From contig OY970399.1 in NCBI GenBank assembly GCA_963720545.1, positions 2,752,001 to 2,816,000 on the forward strand: 64,000 bases of DNA, given 5' to 3'. This document shows, one piece after another, positions 19,087 through 27,396 of the stretch; positions within the stretch are counted from its first letter, which is position 1, and each line of letters opens with the position of its first letter. The position numbers and the translations under genes are program-made. The DNA is from an uncultured Acidobacteriota bacterium (GTDB taxonomy: Bacteria; Acidobacteriota; Vicinamibacteria; Fen-336). Below the pieces are notes generated by a model. It saw nothing but the letters and a program-made list of their open reading frames with translations. It had not been told where the DNA came from and searched no databases.

Positions 19087-21482
19087 GCGAAGCAGGCGTG
19101 CCGCGCCGCCGCCGCCGGGTGCTGCGTGCCACGGCGCTGACCCTCGCCGTCGTCGCCTTGCTGCTCGTGGCTGGAGGCTTCTGGGTACGCTCACAGGTGC
19201 GCGGCAGCCTGCCGGTCGTGGACGGCGAGCTGCGTCTTGCCGGCCTCGGCGCGCCGCTGTCGATCGAACGCGACGCGCGCGGCGCACCGATCATTCGCGC
19301 CGCGAACCGGCTCGACGCGGCGCGCGGCCTCGGCTTCGTCCACGGTCAGGACCGGTTCTTCCAGATGGACCTCCTGCGGCGGCGCGCGGCGGGCGAGCTC
19401 GCCGAGATCGTCGGTCCCGGCGTGCTGCGCGTGGACCGCGCCGCCCGCGTGCACCGCTTCCGCGACGTCGCGCAGCGGGTGGTGGCTGCGGCACCCGCAG
19501 GCGACGCCGCCGTGCTGCGCGCCTACACCGAAGGCGTCAACGCCGGCCTCTCGTCGCTGCGGGTGCGGCCGTTCGAGTACCTGCTGCTGCGCGTGGCGCC
19601 GCAGCCATGGCGCGAGGAAGACACGGTGCTCGCGATCCTCGCGATGTTCATCACGCTGCAGGACGACACGGGCAAGCGTGAATCGATGCTCGGCCTGATG
19701 CACGACACGCTGCCGGCGCCGCTCTTCGATTTCCTGACGCCGCAAGGCACCGAGTGGGACGCGCCGCTCGTCGGCTCGGCCATCGCCCAGCCGAAGGTTC
19801 CGGGTCCCGAGGTGCTGGACCTGCGCGGCACCAGACCGCTCCGCATCGCGGCGGACGCCGCCGGCGACGACGGCGCGGTTCCTGGCAGCAACAACTGGGC
19901 AGTGGCCGGAACCCACACCGAGCACGGCGGCGCTCTCGTCGCGAACGACATGCACCTCACCATCGACTCGCCGAACATCTGGTATCGCGCGGCGCTCGTC
20001 TACCAGGACGGCGGCGAGCAGCGGCGCCTCGTCGGCGTCACCCTGCCCGGCACGCCCGCGCTCGTGGTCGGCAGCAACGGTTACGTCGCGTGGGGCTTCA
20101 CCAACAGCTACGGCGACTGGACCGACCTCATCGAGCTCGAGCCGGTGACCGGCGACGACGATTCGTATCTCACGCCCGATGGGCCGCGGAAGTTCACGCA
20201 CACGGCCGAGGCGATCCGGGTGAAGGGCGCTCCCGACGCCACCCTCGACGTGGTCGGAACGATCTGGGGCCCGGTGATCGACAGGGACCACAAGGGCCGG
20301 CGGCGCGCGCTCGCGTGGGTGGCGCACCATCCCGAGGGTGTCAATCTCGGCTTCCTCGGCCTCGAGAACGCGCGTGACCTGGATGCCGCGCAAAAGGCCG
20401 CGGCGGCTTCCGGCATCCCGGCGCAGAACTTCGTCTGCGCCGATCGCTCCGGCCGGGTCGGCTGGACCATCATGGGCCGCATCCCGCGCCGTGTCGGGAT
20501 CGGCCGCCTGCCGGCTTCATGGCGAGACGGCAGCAGGCGCTGGGACGGCTGGCTCGCACCCGAAGAGTATCCGCGCATCGTGGACCCGCCGAACGGGCGC
20601 ATCTGGTCCGCCAACTCGCGCATCGTGGACGGCGAGATGCTGGCTGTGGTCGGCGACGGCAGCTACGACCTGGGCGCGCGCCAGAAGCAGATCCGCGACG
20701 ACCTGCTGACGATCGACAAGGCCGCCGAGAAGGACATGCTGCTGGTGCAGCTCGACGACCGCGCCTTGTTCCTCGCGCGCTGGCGCGAGCTGGCACTCTC
20801 GGTGCTGACGCCGTCGGCGCTCGAAGGCCACCCGCAGCGCGCCGAGTTCCGCGGCTTCGTGGACAACTGGAAGGGACGCGCGGCCGTCGAGTCTGTGGGC
20901 TACCGGCTGGTGCGCGCGTTCCGCCAGCGGCTCGCCCTCGAGGTGCTCGACGCGGTCACGCAGCCGTGCCTGGCGCTCGCGGCGAAGGACGAACACTGCC
21001 GCACCAACCAGTACGAAGGACCGCTCTGGAGCCTCGTCAGCCAGCGGCCCGCGCACCTGCTGAACCCCGCGTACCAGACCTGGGACGACCAGTTCCTGGC
21101 GGCGATCGACAACGTCATCGAAACGCTCACCAAGGGCGGCGCGCGCCTGTCCCGAAAGACGTGGGGCGACCGCAACGACCCGCCCATCGGCCACCCGCTG
21201 AGTGCCGCGGTGCCGTGGCTCTCGCGCTTCCTCAATATGCGGCGCCAGGGGATAGACGGCGACTCGAACATGCCGCGCGTGCAGGACTACCGCGAGGGCG
21301 CCTCGGAGCGCATCGCGATGTCGCCGGGGAAAGAGGAGCTGGCGCTCTTCCAGATGCCGAGCGGCCAGAGCGGCAACCCGCTGTCGCCGCACTACGCCGA
21401 CGGCCACGACGACTGGGTGCACGGCCGCGCCATTCCGCTGCTGCCCGGGACAAAGGTCAACACCCTGCGCCTCGTTCCCTGA
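19083..21482 (+). CDS. Penicillin acylase family (S45) Ntn-hydrolase
   Basis: GFVHGQDRFFQMDLLRR, GSNNWAV nucleophile, ANDMHL, SGQSGNPLSPHY. Confidence 0.94.
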   Translation: MSEAGVPRRRRRVLRATALTLAVVALLLVAGGFWVRSQVRGSLPVVDGELRLAGLGAPLSIERDARGAPIIRAANRLDAARGLGFVHGQDRFFQMDLLRRRAAGELAEIVGPGVLRVDRAARVHRFRDVAQRVVAAAPAGDAAVLRAYTEGVNAGLSSLRVRPFEYLLLRVAPQPWREEDTVLAILAMFITLQDDTGKRESMLGLMHDTLPAPLFDFLTPQGTEWDAPLVGSAIAQPKVPGPEVLDLRGTRPLRIAADAAGDDGAVPGSNNWAVAGTHTEHGGALVANDMHLTIDSPNIWYRAALVYQDGGEQRRLVGVTLPGTPALVVGSNGYVAWGFTNSYGDWTDLIELEPVTGDDDSYLTPDGPRKFTHTAEAIRVKGAPDATLDVVGTIWGPVIDRDHKGRRRALAWVAHHPEGVNLGFLGLENARDLDAAQKAAAASGIPAQNFVCADRSGRVGWTIMGRIPRRVGIGRLPASWRDGSRRWDGWLAPEEYPRIVDPPNGRIWSANSRIVDGEMLAVVGDGSYDLGARQKQIRDDLLTIDKAAEKDMLLVQLDDRALFLARWRELALSVLTPSALEGHPQRAEFRGFVDNWKGRAAVESVGYRLVRAFRQRLALEVLDAVTQPCLALAAKDEHCRTNQYEGPLWSLVSQRPAHLLNPAYQTWDDQFLAAIDNVIETLTKGGARLSRKTWGDRNDPPIGHPLSAAVPWLSRFLNMRRQGIDGDSNMPRVQDYREGASERIAMSPGKEELALFQMPSGQSGNPLSPHYADGHDDWVHGRAIPLLPGTKVNTLRLVP

Positions 21483-21496
21483 TAGCGTCCCGACCC

Positions 21497-24025
21497 ATGC
21501 GCTACCTTGCGGTTCTCCTGGCCCTCGTCCTCGCTCCCGCCGCTTCGGCCGCGGCACCGCGCGAACGGGTGCTGAAGCAGATCGCCGTGCCGCATCATTA
21601 TTACTACCGGGAGATGTACCTGCCGCAGGCGACCAGCGGCCCGAACGCAGTCGCGTGGTTTCCCGACGGCCAGTCGGTCGTGGTCGCGATGCAGGGTTCG
21701 CTGTGGCGCCACACCCTGAGCAGCGAGGCGGCGACGCAGCTGACCGACGGCCCCGGCTACGACAACCAGCCGGACGTCTCGCCCGACGGCCGGTTCGTCG
21801 CGTACTCGTCCTACCGCGGGGACGCCATCGACCTGCTGCTGCTCGACGTCGCGAGCGGCGCCACGAGCGTGCTGGTGAAGAACGGCGCGGTCAACGTCGA
21901 GCCGCGCTTTTCGCCGGACGGCAAGCGCATCGCATTCGTGTCCACCGTCTTCAACGCGCGCTGGCACGTGTTCACGCTCGCGCTCGATGCCAAAGGCGCC
22001 GCGGCCGGCGAGCCGCGGCGGATCACGAACGACAGCGAGACCGACCAGCGCTACTACTACAGCAAGTGGGACCACTTCCTGTCGCCGGTGTGGTCGCCGG
22101 ACGGCAGCGAGCTGATCCTGGTGGGCAACCACGGCCATGTCTGGGGCACGGGCGGCTTCTGGCGCATGCAAGCCGAACCGGGCGCCGCGGCGCGCGAGCT
22201 GCACTACGAGGAGACCAACTGGAAGGCGCGGCCCGACTGGTCGCCGGACGGCAAGCGCGTCGTCTATTCGTCGTATCTCGGCCGGCAATGGAACCAGCTA
22301 TGGCTGATGCCCGCTGCCGGTGGCGATGCCCTGCAGCTGACTTACGGCGAGTTCGACAACGTCGCGCCGCGCTGGTCCAAGGACGGCCGGCAGATCGCCT
22401 ACATCACCAACGAGGGCGGCAACACCGCGCTGCGCATCCTCGCCTTTCCGGGTGGCGCCGTCAGCCGGCCGCGGTTTCGCCACAAGAACTACAAGAACCC
22501 CGGCGCGCAGCTCGCCATCACCGTGACGGACGGCGCGCGCCCGGTGCCCGCGCGCATCTCGGTCACCGCAGCCGACGGCCGCGGCTACACGCCCGACGAC
22601 ACATGGCGGCATGCCGACGACGCCTACGTGCGCGGCGCGCGCGCGTTCGAGTATTCCTACTTCCACACCAGCGGCCGCGCGTCGCTGCGCGTGCCGGCCG
22701 GCTCCGAGCTGACGATCGAGGTGAGCCGCGGCCCCGAGTACGCAGTGCATACGCAGAAGCTGACGCTTGCCGCGGGCGCTTCACAGCGCCTCGCCGTGCC
22801 GCTGCGGCGCATCGACGACCTGCCGAAGAAGGGCTGGTGGAGCGGCGACGGCCACGTGCACATGAACTATGGTGGCGCCTATCGCAACGACCCGGCGCAC
22901 CTGGTGACGCAGATGCAGGCCGAAGACCTGCACCTCGTCGAGAACCTGGTGGTGAACAAGGAAGGGCGCATTCCAGACATCTCCTACTTCCGCCCCACCC
23001 CAGACCCGGCCTCGCGCCCCGGCTTCCTGCTGGCGCACGGGCAGGAGTTCCACACGAGCTTCTGGGGCCACACCGGGCTCCTCGGCCAGTCCGATCATTT
23101 CCTGCTGCCGGACTACGCGGGCTACGCCGGCACCGCAGCCGCGAGCCTCATTCCCATGAACTTCGACGTCGCCGACATGGCGCGCGCGCAAGGCGGCATC
23201 ATCGGCTACGTTCATCCATGGGACTACTATCCCGATCCCGCGAAGCGCGACGAGGCGCTCACCAACGAGCTGCCGGTGGACGCGGCGCTCGGCAAGGTGG
23301 ACTACTACGAGGTCGTCGGCTTCATCGACGACTATCTCGCGAACTCGAAGGTCTGGTACCAGCTCCTCAACTGCGGCTTCCGCATTCCCGCGGGCGCCGG
23401 CACCGACGCGATGGCGAACTACTCCTCGCTGCGCGGCCCGGTCGGCATGAACCGGGTGTTCGTGAAGGCCGGCCTGAAGCTCGAGCACGGCGCATGGCTG
23501 GCCGGGCTCAAGGCGGGCCGAACCTTCGCGACCAATGGGCCGCTGCTGTCGCTCGCCATCGACGGCAAGGAACCGGGCGCCGAGATCAAGCTACCGGCGG
23601 GCTCGCACACGCTGCACGCCGCCATGACGATGAAGTCGTACGTGCCGGTGACGAACGTCGAGCTGGTGCGAAATGGCGAAGTCATGGCCACGGCGAAGCT
23701 CGCGGCCGATGGCCGCTCGGCCAGCGGCAGCGCCGCGCTCGAGGTCAAGGAGAGCGGCTGGTACGTGCTGCGCGCCTGGAGCAAGGAGCCGCAGTATCCG
23801 GTGCTCGACGTCTACCCGTTCGCGAGCACCAGCCCCATCTACGTCACGGTGGGCGACGATCCGGTGCGCTCCGCGCGCGATGCGGCTTACTTCATCGCCT
23901 GGATCGACCGCGTCGCCGAGGCGGCGGGCAAGCACGACGGATGGGCCAGCGACGCGGAGCGCGCCACCGCGATGGAGCGGATCGCGGCGGCGCGCAAAGT
24001 CTTCACGGAGCGCGCTCAGGACTGA
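21497..24025 (+). CDS. Exported TolB-like (PD40) beta-propeller + CehA/McbA-type metallohydrolase
   Basis: Signal peptide; repeated P.WSPDG units; GDGHVH, GQEF...GH, YVHP, GTDA, GRTFATNGP. Confidence 0.85.
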   Translation: MRYLAVLLALVLAPAASAAAPRERVLKQIAVPHHYYYREMYLPQATSGPNAVAWFPDGQSVVVAMQGSLWRHTLSSEAATQLTDGPGYDNQPDVSPDGRFVAYSSYRGDAIDLLLLDVASGATSVLVKNGAVNVEPRFSPDGKRIAFVSTVFNARWHVFTLALDAKGAAAGEPRRITNDSETDQRYYYSKWDHFLSPVWSPDGSELILVGNHGHVWGTGGFWRMQAEPGAAARELHYEETNWKARPDWSPDGKRVVYSSYLGRQWNQLWLMPAAGGDALQLTYGEFDNVAPRWSKDGRQIAYITNEGGNTALRILAFPGGAVSRPRFRHKNYKNPGAQLAITVTDGARPVPARISVTAADGRGYTPDDTWRHADDAYVRGARAFEYSYFHTSGRASLRVPAGSELTIEVSRGPEYAVHTQKLTLAAGASQRLAVPLRRIDDLPKKGWWSGDGHVHMNYGGAYRNDPAHLVTQMQAEDLHLVENLVVNKEGRIPDISYFRPTPDPASRPGFLLAHGQEFHTSFWGHTGLLGQSDHFLLPDYAGYAGTAAASLIPMNFDVADMARAQGGIIGYVHPWDYYPDPAKRDEALTNELPVDAALGKVDYYEVVGFIDDYLANSKVWYQLLNCGFRIPAGAGTDAMANYSSLRGPVGMNRVFVKAGLKLEHGAWLAGLKAGRTFATNGPLLSLAIDGKEPGAEIKLPAGSHTLHAAMTMKSYVPVTNVELVRNGEVMATAKLAADGRSASGSAALEVKESGWYVLRAWSKEPQYPVLDVYPFASTSPIYVTVGDDPVRSARDAAYFIAWIDRVAEAAGKHDGWASDAERATAMERIAAARKVFTERAQD

Positions 24026-25152
24026 GCGAGCGCCGCCAGCAGGTCGTCGGCCAGGTCCTGCGGGTCCTCGATGCCGACCGAGACGCGCACCAGGTCGGGC
24101 GGCGGCGCGAGCCGGGCGCGCAGTGCTCCCGGAATGCTCGCGTGCGACATCGCGCTCGGCAGCGAGATCGACGAAGTGACCGAACCAAAGCTCACGGCAA
24201 TGGCGAAGAGGCGCACGCCCTCGACCACCCGCCGCGAACGCTCCGCGTTGCCGGTGGTGAAGCTGAACACCGAGCCGGGGCCACGCGCCTGCGACTCGTG
24301 CAGCGCCCGTGCGGCGGATGAGGCGAGTGTCGGGTAGTACACCGTGCCCACTGCCTGTTGCTCGAGGACCCGGTTGGCCAGCAGCTCCGCGGTCTGGCTC
24401 TGGCGCGCGACCCGGAGGTCGAGCGTCTTCAGCCCGCGCAACAGCAGCCAGCAGTCGAAGGGCGCGAGCCCTGTGCCCTCGGCGTTGCGCAGGAACGCAA
24501 GCCGCTCGCGCAGCGCCTCGTCGTTGGTGACCACGGCCCCCGCGCTGATGTCGCCGTGCCCGCACAACGACTTGGTCGCGGAGTAGAGCACCAGGTGGGC
24601 GCCGAGCGCCAGCGGCCGCTGCAAGCGTGGCGAGAGCAGCGAGTTGTCCACCGCCAGCAGCACGCCGCGCGTGCTCGCGAGCGATGCCAGCCCGGCGAGG
24701 TCGGCGATGCGCAACAGCGGATTGCTCGGCGTCTCGGCGACGAGGAGCCGCGTGTTCGGGCCGATCGCGGCCGCGACCGCGTCGAGATCGGTCATGTCCA
24801 CGTAGCGCACGCCAATGCCGAGGCCGGGAGCGACGCGCGCCAGGAGGCGCGTGGTGCCGCCGTAGAGGTCGTCGCCGGCGAGGATCTCGCCACCCGCAGC
24901 GACCAGGCGAGTCACGGCCGCGATCGCCGCCATGCCGCTCGTGTAGCTGAGCGCGTAGCGCGCCTTCTCGAGCGCGGCCAGCTGCTCCTCCACCTGCGTG
25001 CGCGTCGGGTTGGCGGTGCGGGTGTAGTCGTACTCGCCGAATTCCAGCGCTCCCGGCTGGCGGAAGGCCGCGGTCTGGTAGAGCGGCGGCGTCAGGGCGC
25101 CGTAGGGGTCGCCGTTCTTTGCAAGCGCAACACAGCGGGTGGCGAACTTCAC
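24016..25152 (-). CDS. Trans-sulfuration enzyme, cystathionine beta-lyase-like
   Basis: PPLYQTA, YDYTRTANPTR, DDLYGGT, ETPSNP, SATKSLCGH, VSFGSV.S, RVSVGIED. Confidence 0.9.
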   Translation of the reverse strand: MKFATRCVALAKNGDPYGALTPPLYQTAAFRQPGALEFGEYDYTRTANPTRTQVEEQLAALEKARYALSYTSGMAAIAAVTRLVAAGGEILAGDDLYGGTTRLLARVAPGLGIGVRYVDMTDLDAVAAAIGPNTRLLVAETPSNPLLRIADLAGLASLASTRGVLLAVDNSLLSPRLQRPLALGAHLVLYSATKSLCGHGDISAGAVVTNDEALRERLAFLRNAEGTGLAPFDCWLLLRGLKTLDLRVARQSQTAELLANRVLEQQAVGTVYYPTLASSAARALHESQARGPGSVFSFTTGNAERSRRVVEGVRLFAIAVSFGSVTSSISLPSAMSHASIPGALRARLAPPPDLVRVSVGIEDPQDLADDLLAALAQS

Positions 25153-25916
25153 GCGGCACCGCCTGCCGCTGCGTCCGCGGCCAGTGGCGCGGTACGGTCC
25201 GGCCCGCGGCCGACGAGAGTACGGTTGCCGGACGCGAGGGCCGCGATCTCGAATTCGAGAAAAGCCGCGCCGGCGAAGCGCACCGCCTTCGATTGCACGA
25301 CACGGGTGCCGACACGCAGCGCCGTGCCCCAGGTCGCGGTGTGATAGCGGCTCGCGGTCGCGTCGGTCGCGGGGTCGCCGCTGTACAAGCCGTCCACATC
25401 CTTGATGAGCCGGCAGCGCGCGCCGAGCGTGTGGGCGAGGAACAGCGCTGTGAGGTCGGAGCCGCCCCGGCCGAGCACGGTGGTGCGGCCGTCGCGGTCG
25501 CGCGCCACGAAGCCGGGCACGACCACCACGCCGGCAGCGAGCGCCTTGCGGATCGCTGCGGCGTTGACCGCGACCGCCTGGCCGTCGAGGAAGTCGCCTT
25601 CGCTGACGAGCCCGAGCTGCGCGGAATCGAAGAGGGTCGCCACCATGCCCGCTTCGGCCAGGGCCAGCGTGAGGAGCGCCGCGGCCGTGGCCTCCCCGGT
25701 CGCGAGAAGTGCCGCGAGCGCCTGCGGCTGCGGTGGCAGCCCGAGTTGTTGCGCGCGTTTCAGCAGGTCGTCTGTGACACCCCGGAACGCCGAAACCACT
25801 GCCAGCACCACAGCGCCGGCGACGCGCTCACGCACGATCTCCCGCACCACAGCGGGCAAGTCCCGCTCCGAGCGCAGCACCGAGCTGCCGAATTTCAGCA
25901 CCACGATGCGCGTCAT
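25149..25916 (-). CDS. Aspartokinase-like amino-acid kinase (catalytic domain only)
   Basis: VLKFGSS, VVSA, TDDL, GE, LGRGGSDLTA, KDVDGLY..DP; no ACT domain. Confidence 0.85.
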   Translation of the reverse strand: MTRIVVLKFGSSVLRSERDLPAVVREIVRERVAGAVVLAVVSAFRGVTDDLLKRAQQLGLPPQPQALAALLATGEATAAALLTLALAEAGMVATLFDSAQLGLVSEGDFLDGQAVAVNAAAIRKALAAGVVVVPGFVARDRDGRTTVLGRGGSDLTALFLAHTLGARCRLIKDVDGLYSGDPATDATASRYHTATWGTALRVGTRVVQSKAVRFAGAAFLEFEIAALASGNRTLVGRGPDRTAPLAADAAAGGAA

Positions 25917-27091
25917 GACTGGAGCGCCTGGCGCAAGTCGGCGATCACGTCCTGCGGATCCTCGAGGCCGACCGAGACGCGGATCAGGCCTTCGGTGATG
26001 CCGGTGGCTTCGCGCTGCCGCAGCGGCACGGCGCCGTGGGTCATCGACACCGGATGGGTGACGATGGTCTCGGCCGCGCCCAGGTTCTCGGCGAGCGCGC
26101 ACAGCCGCACGCCGTTCATCACCGCGATGCCGGCCGCGGCGCCGCCCTCGACCTCGAACGCCAGCACCGCGCCGCCGCTGCGCTGCTGCCGCAGGGCGAG
26201 CTCGCGCTGCGGGAACGAGTCGAGTCCGGGATAGAGGATGCGGGTCACGCGCGGGTGCGCCTCGAGGAAGCGCGCCACCTCGAGCGCGTTGGCCGCGTGC
26301 TGGCGCATGCGCAGCGGCAGCGTCTTGGCGCCCTGCAGCGTCAGCCACGCGTTCCACGGCGACTGGATGGCGCCGATGCAGTTGCGCAGCAGGAACAGCC
26401 GCTCGTGCAGCGCGGCGTCGCGCGTGAGGAGCGCCCCGCCGACGGTCGCGTTGTGGCCCTCGATGAACTTGGTGGTCGAGTGCAGCACGATGTCGGCGCC
26501 GAGGTCGAGCGGCCGCTGCAGCACCGGCGTCAACAGCGTGTTGTCGACGACCACCACGGCGCCCGCCGCGTGTCCCAGCCGCGCGGCCAGCTCGATGTCG
26601 GTGAGCTTGAGCGTCGGGTTCGCGGGCGATTCGAGGAACAACAGGGCGGCGCCGCCGCGCAGCGACCCGGCCAGCGCCGCGGGGTCGGAGGCGTCCACGA
26701 ACACGGCGTCGACGCCGAACTTCGACAGCACCTGCTGGAACAGGCGCACGGTGCCGCCGTAGGTGACGTCGCCGATGACGGCGCGCGCGCCTTTTTCGAG
26801 CAGCGCGAGCGCCAGCGCGGTGGTGGCGCCGAGGCCGGTGCCGAAGGCGGTGCAGTGCGCGGCGTTCTCGAGCGCGGCGAGGCGACGCTCGAGCGCCGCG
26901 ACCGTCGGGTTCGACTGGCGGCTGTAGGTGTAGCCCTTGTGGACCCCGACCGCCTCCTGCACGTAGGTGGTCGATTGATAGATCGGGGTCAGCAGCGCGC
27001 CGGTCACCGGATCCGGCGCGGTGCCGGCGTGCAGCGCCACGGTTTCGATGCCTGTCGCCAGGCCCTCTGTCACGGGTGCGGTTGCGGTCAT
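25913..27091 (-). CDS. metB: Trans-sulfuration enzyme, cystathionine gamma-synthase-like
   Basis: TPIYQSTTY, YSRQSNPT, YGGT, ESPANP, HSTTKFIEGH, AENLG, HPVSMTH, RVSVGLED. Confidence 0.85.
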   Translation of the reverse strand: MTATAPVTEGLATGIETVALHAGTAPDPVTGALLTPIYQSTTYVQEAVGVHKGYTYSRQSNPTVAALERRLAALENAAHCTAFGTGLGATTALALALLEKGARAVIGDVTYGGTVRLFQQVLSKFGVDAVFVDASDPAALAGSLRGGAALLFLESPANPTLKLTDIELAARLGHAAGAVVVVDNTLLTPVLQRPLDLGADIVLHSTTKFIEGHNATVGGALLTRDAALHERLFLLRNCIGAIQSPWNAWLTLQGAKTLPLRMRQHAANALEVARFLEAHPRVTRILYPGLDSFPQRELALRQQRSGGAVLAFEVEGGAAAGIAVMNGVRLCALAENLGAAETIVTHPVSMTHGAVPLRQREATGITEGLIRVSVGLEDPQDVIADLRQALQS

Positions 27092-27122
27092 TGCAGGCGT
27101 CCTTTCGGGGCGGGTCGCGCCC

Positions 27123-27167
27123 AAAAAACAAAAAAGCCACCGCGGGGAGATCCCCAGGCGGTGGCTT
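27123..27167 (-). terminator. Attenuator terminator upstream of the met operon
   Basis: - strand AAGCCACCGC-CT-GGGG-ATCT-CCCC-GCGGTGGCTT then TTTTGTTTTTT, about 30 nt before the metB-like ATG. Confidence 0.88.
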
Positions 27168-27195
27168 CTTGGTGTCGTTACGATCCGGGTTCTGA

Positions 27196-27318
27196 CTAGA
27201 GCGTCTCGAACCTCGTCTCAGCGAACACGCCGCCGCCCGACGGACCGATGGGAATGCGCATCCACATGTGCATCGTGGTGGCCATCGAAACGGCGTTGGT
27301 GGTGGCGTTGCGGTTCAT
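27196..27318 (-). CDS. Putative attenuator leader peptide (40 aa, Met/Thr/Ile-rich)
   Basis: MNRNATTNAVSMATTMHMWMRIPIGPSGGGVFAETRFETL*; AGGAG upstream; directly followed by terminator. Confidence 0.8.
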   Translation of the reverse strand: MNRNATTNAVSMATTMHMWMRIPIGPSGGGVFAETRFETL

Positions 27319-27329
27319 CTGAGGCTCCT

Positions 27330-27359
27330 AAGCTAACGTCCGGCTCGCGCTCGTGTCAA
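27330..27359 (-). promoter_or_regulatory. Putative sigma70 promoter of the leader/met operon
   Basis: TTGACA(27359-54)-N18-TAGCTT(27335-30). Confidence 0.55.
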
Positions 27360-27396
27360 ACCGCGCCCCGCTCCGGTGTTAACGTGCGGCCAAACC

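Noticed and set aside
27120..27320. SAM-I riboswitch or T-box upstream of the met genes
   Set aside because: No recognisable ATCnAGAG...GCAACC...GTGC core or T-box AAGGTGGnACC motif; a leader ORF plus terminator explains the region better
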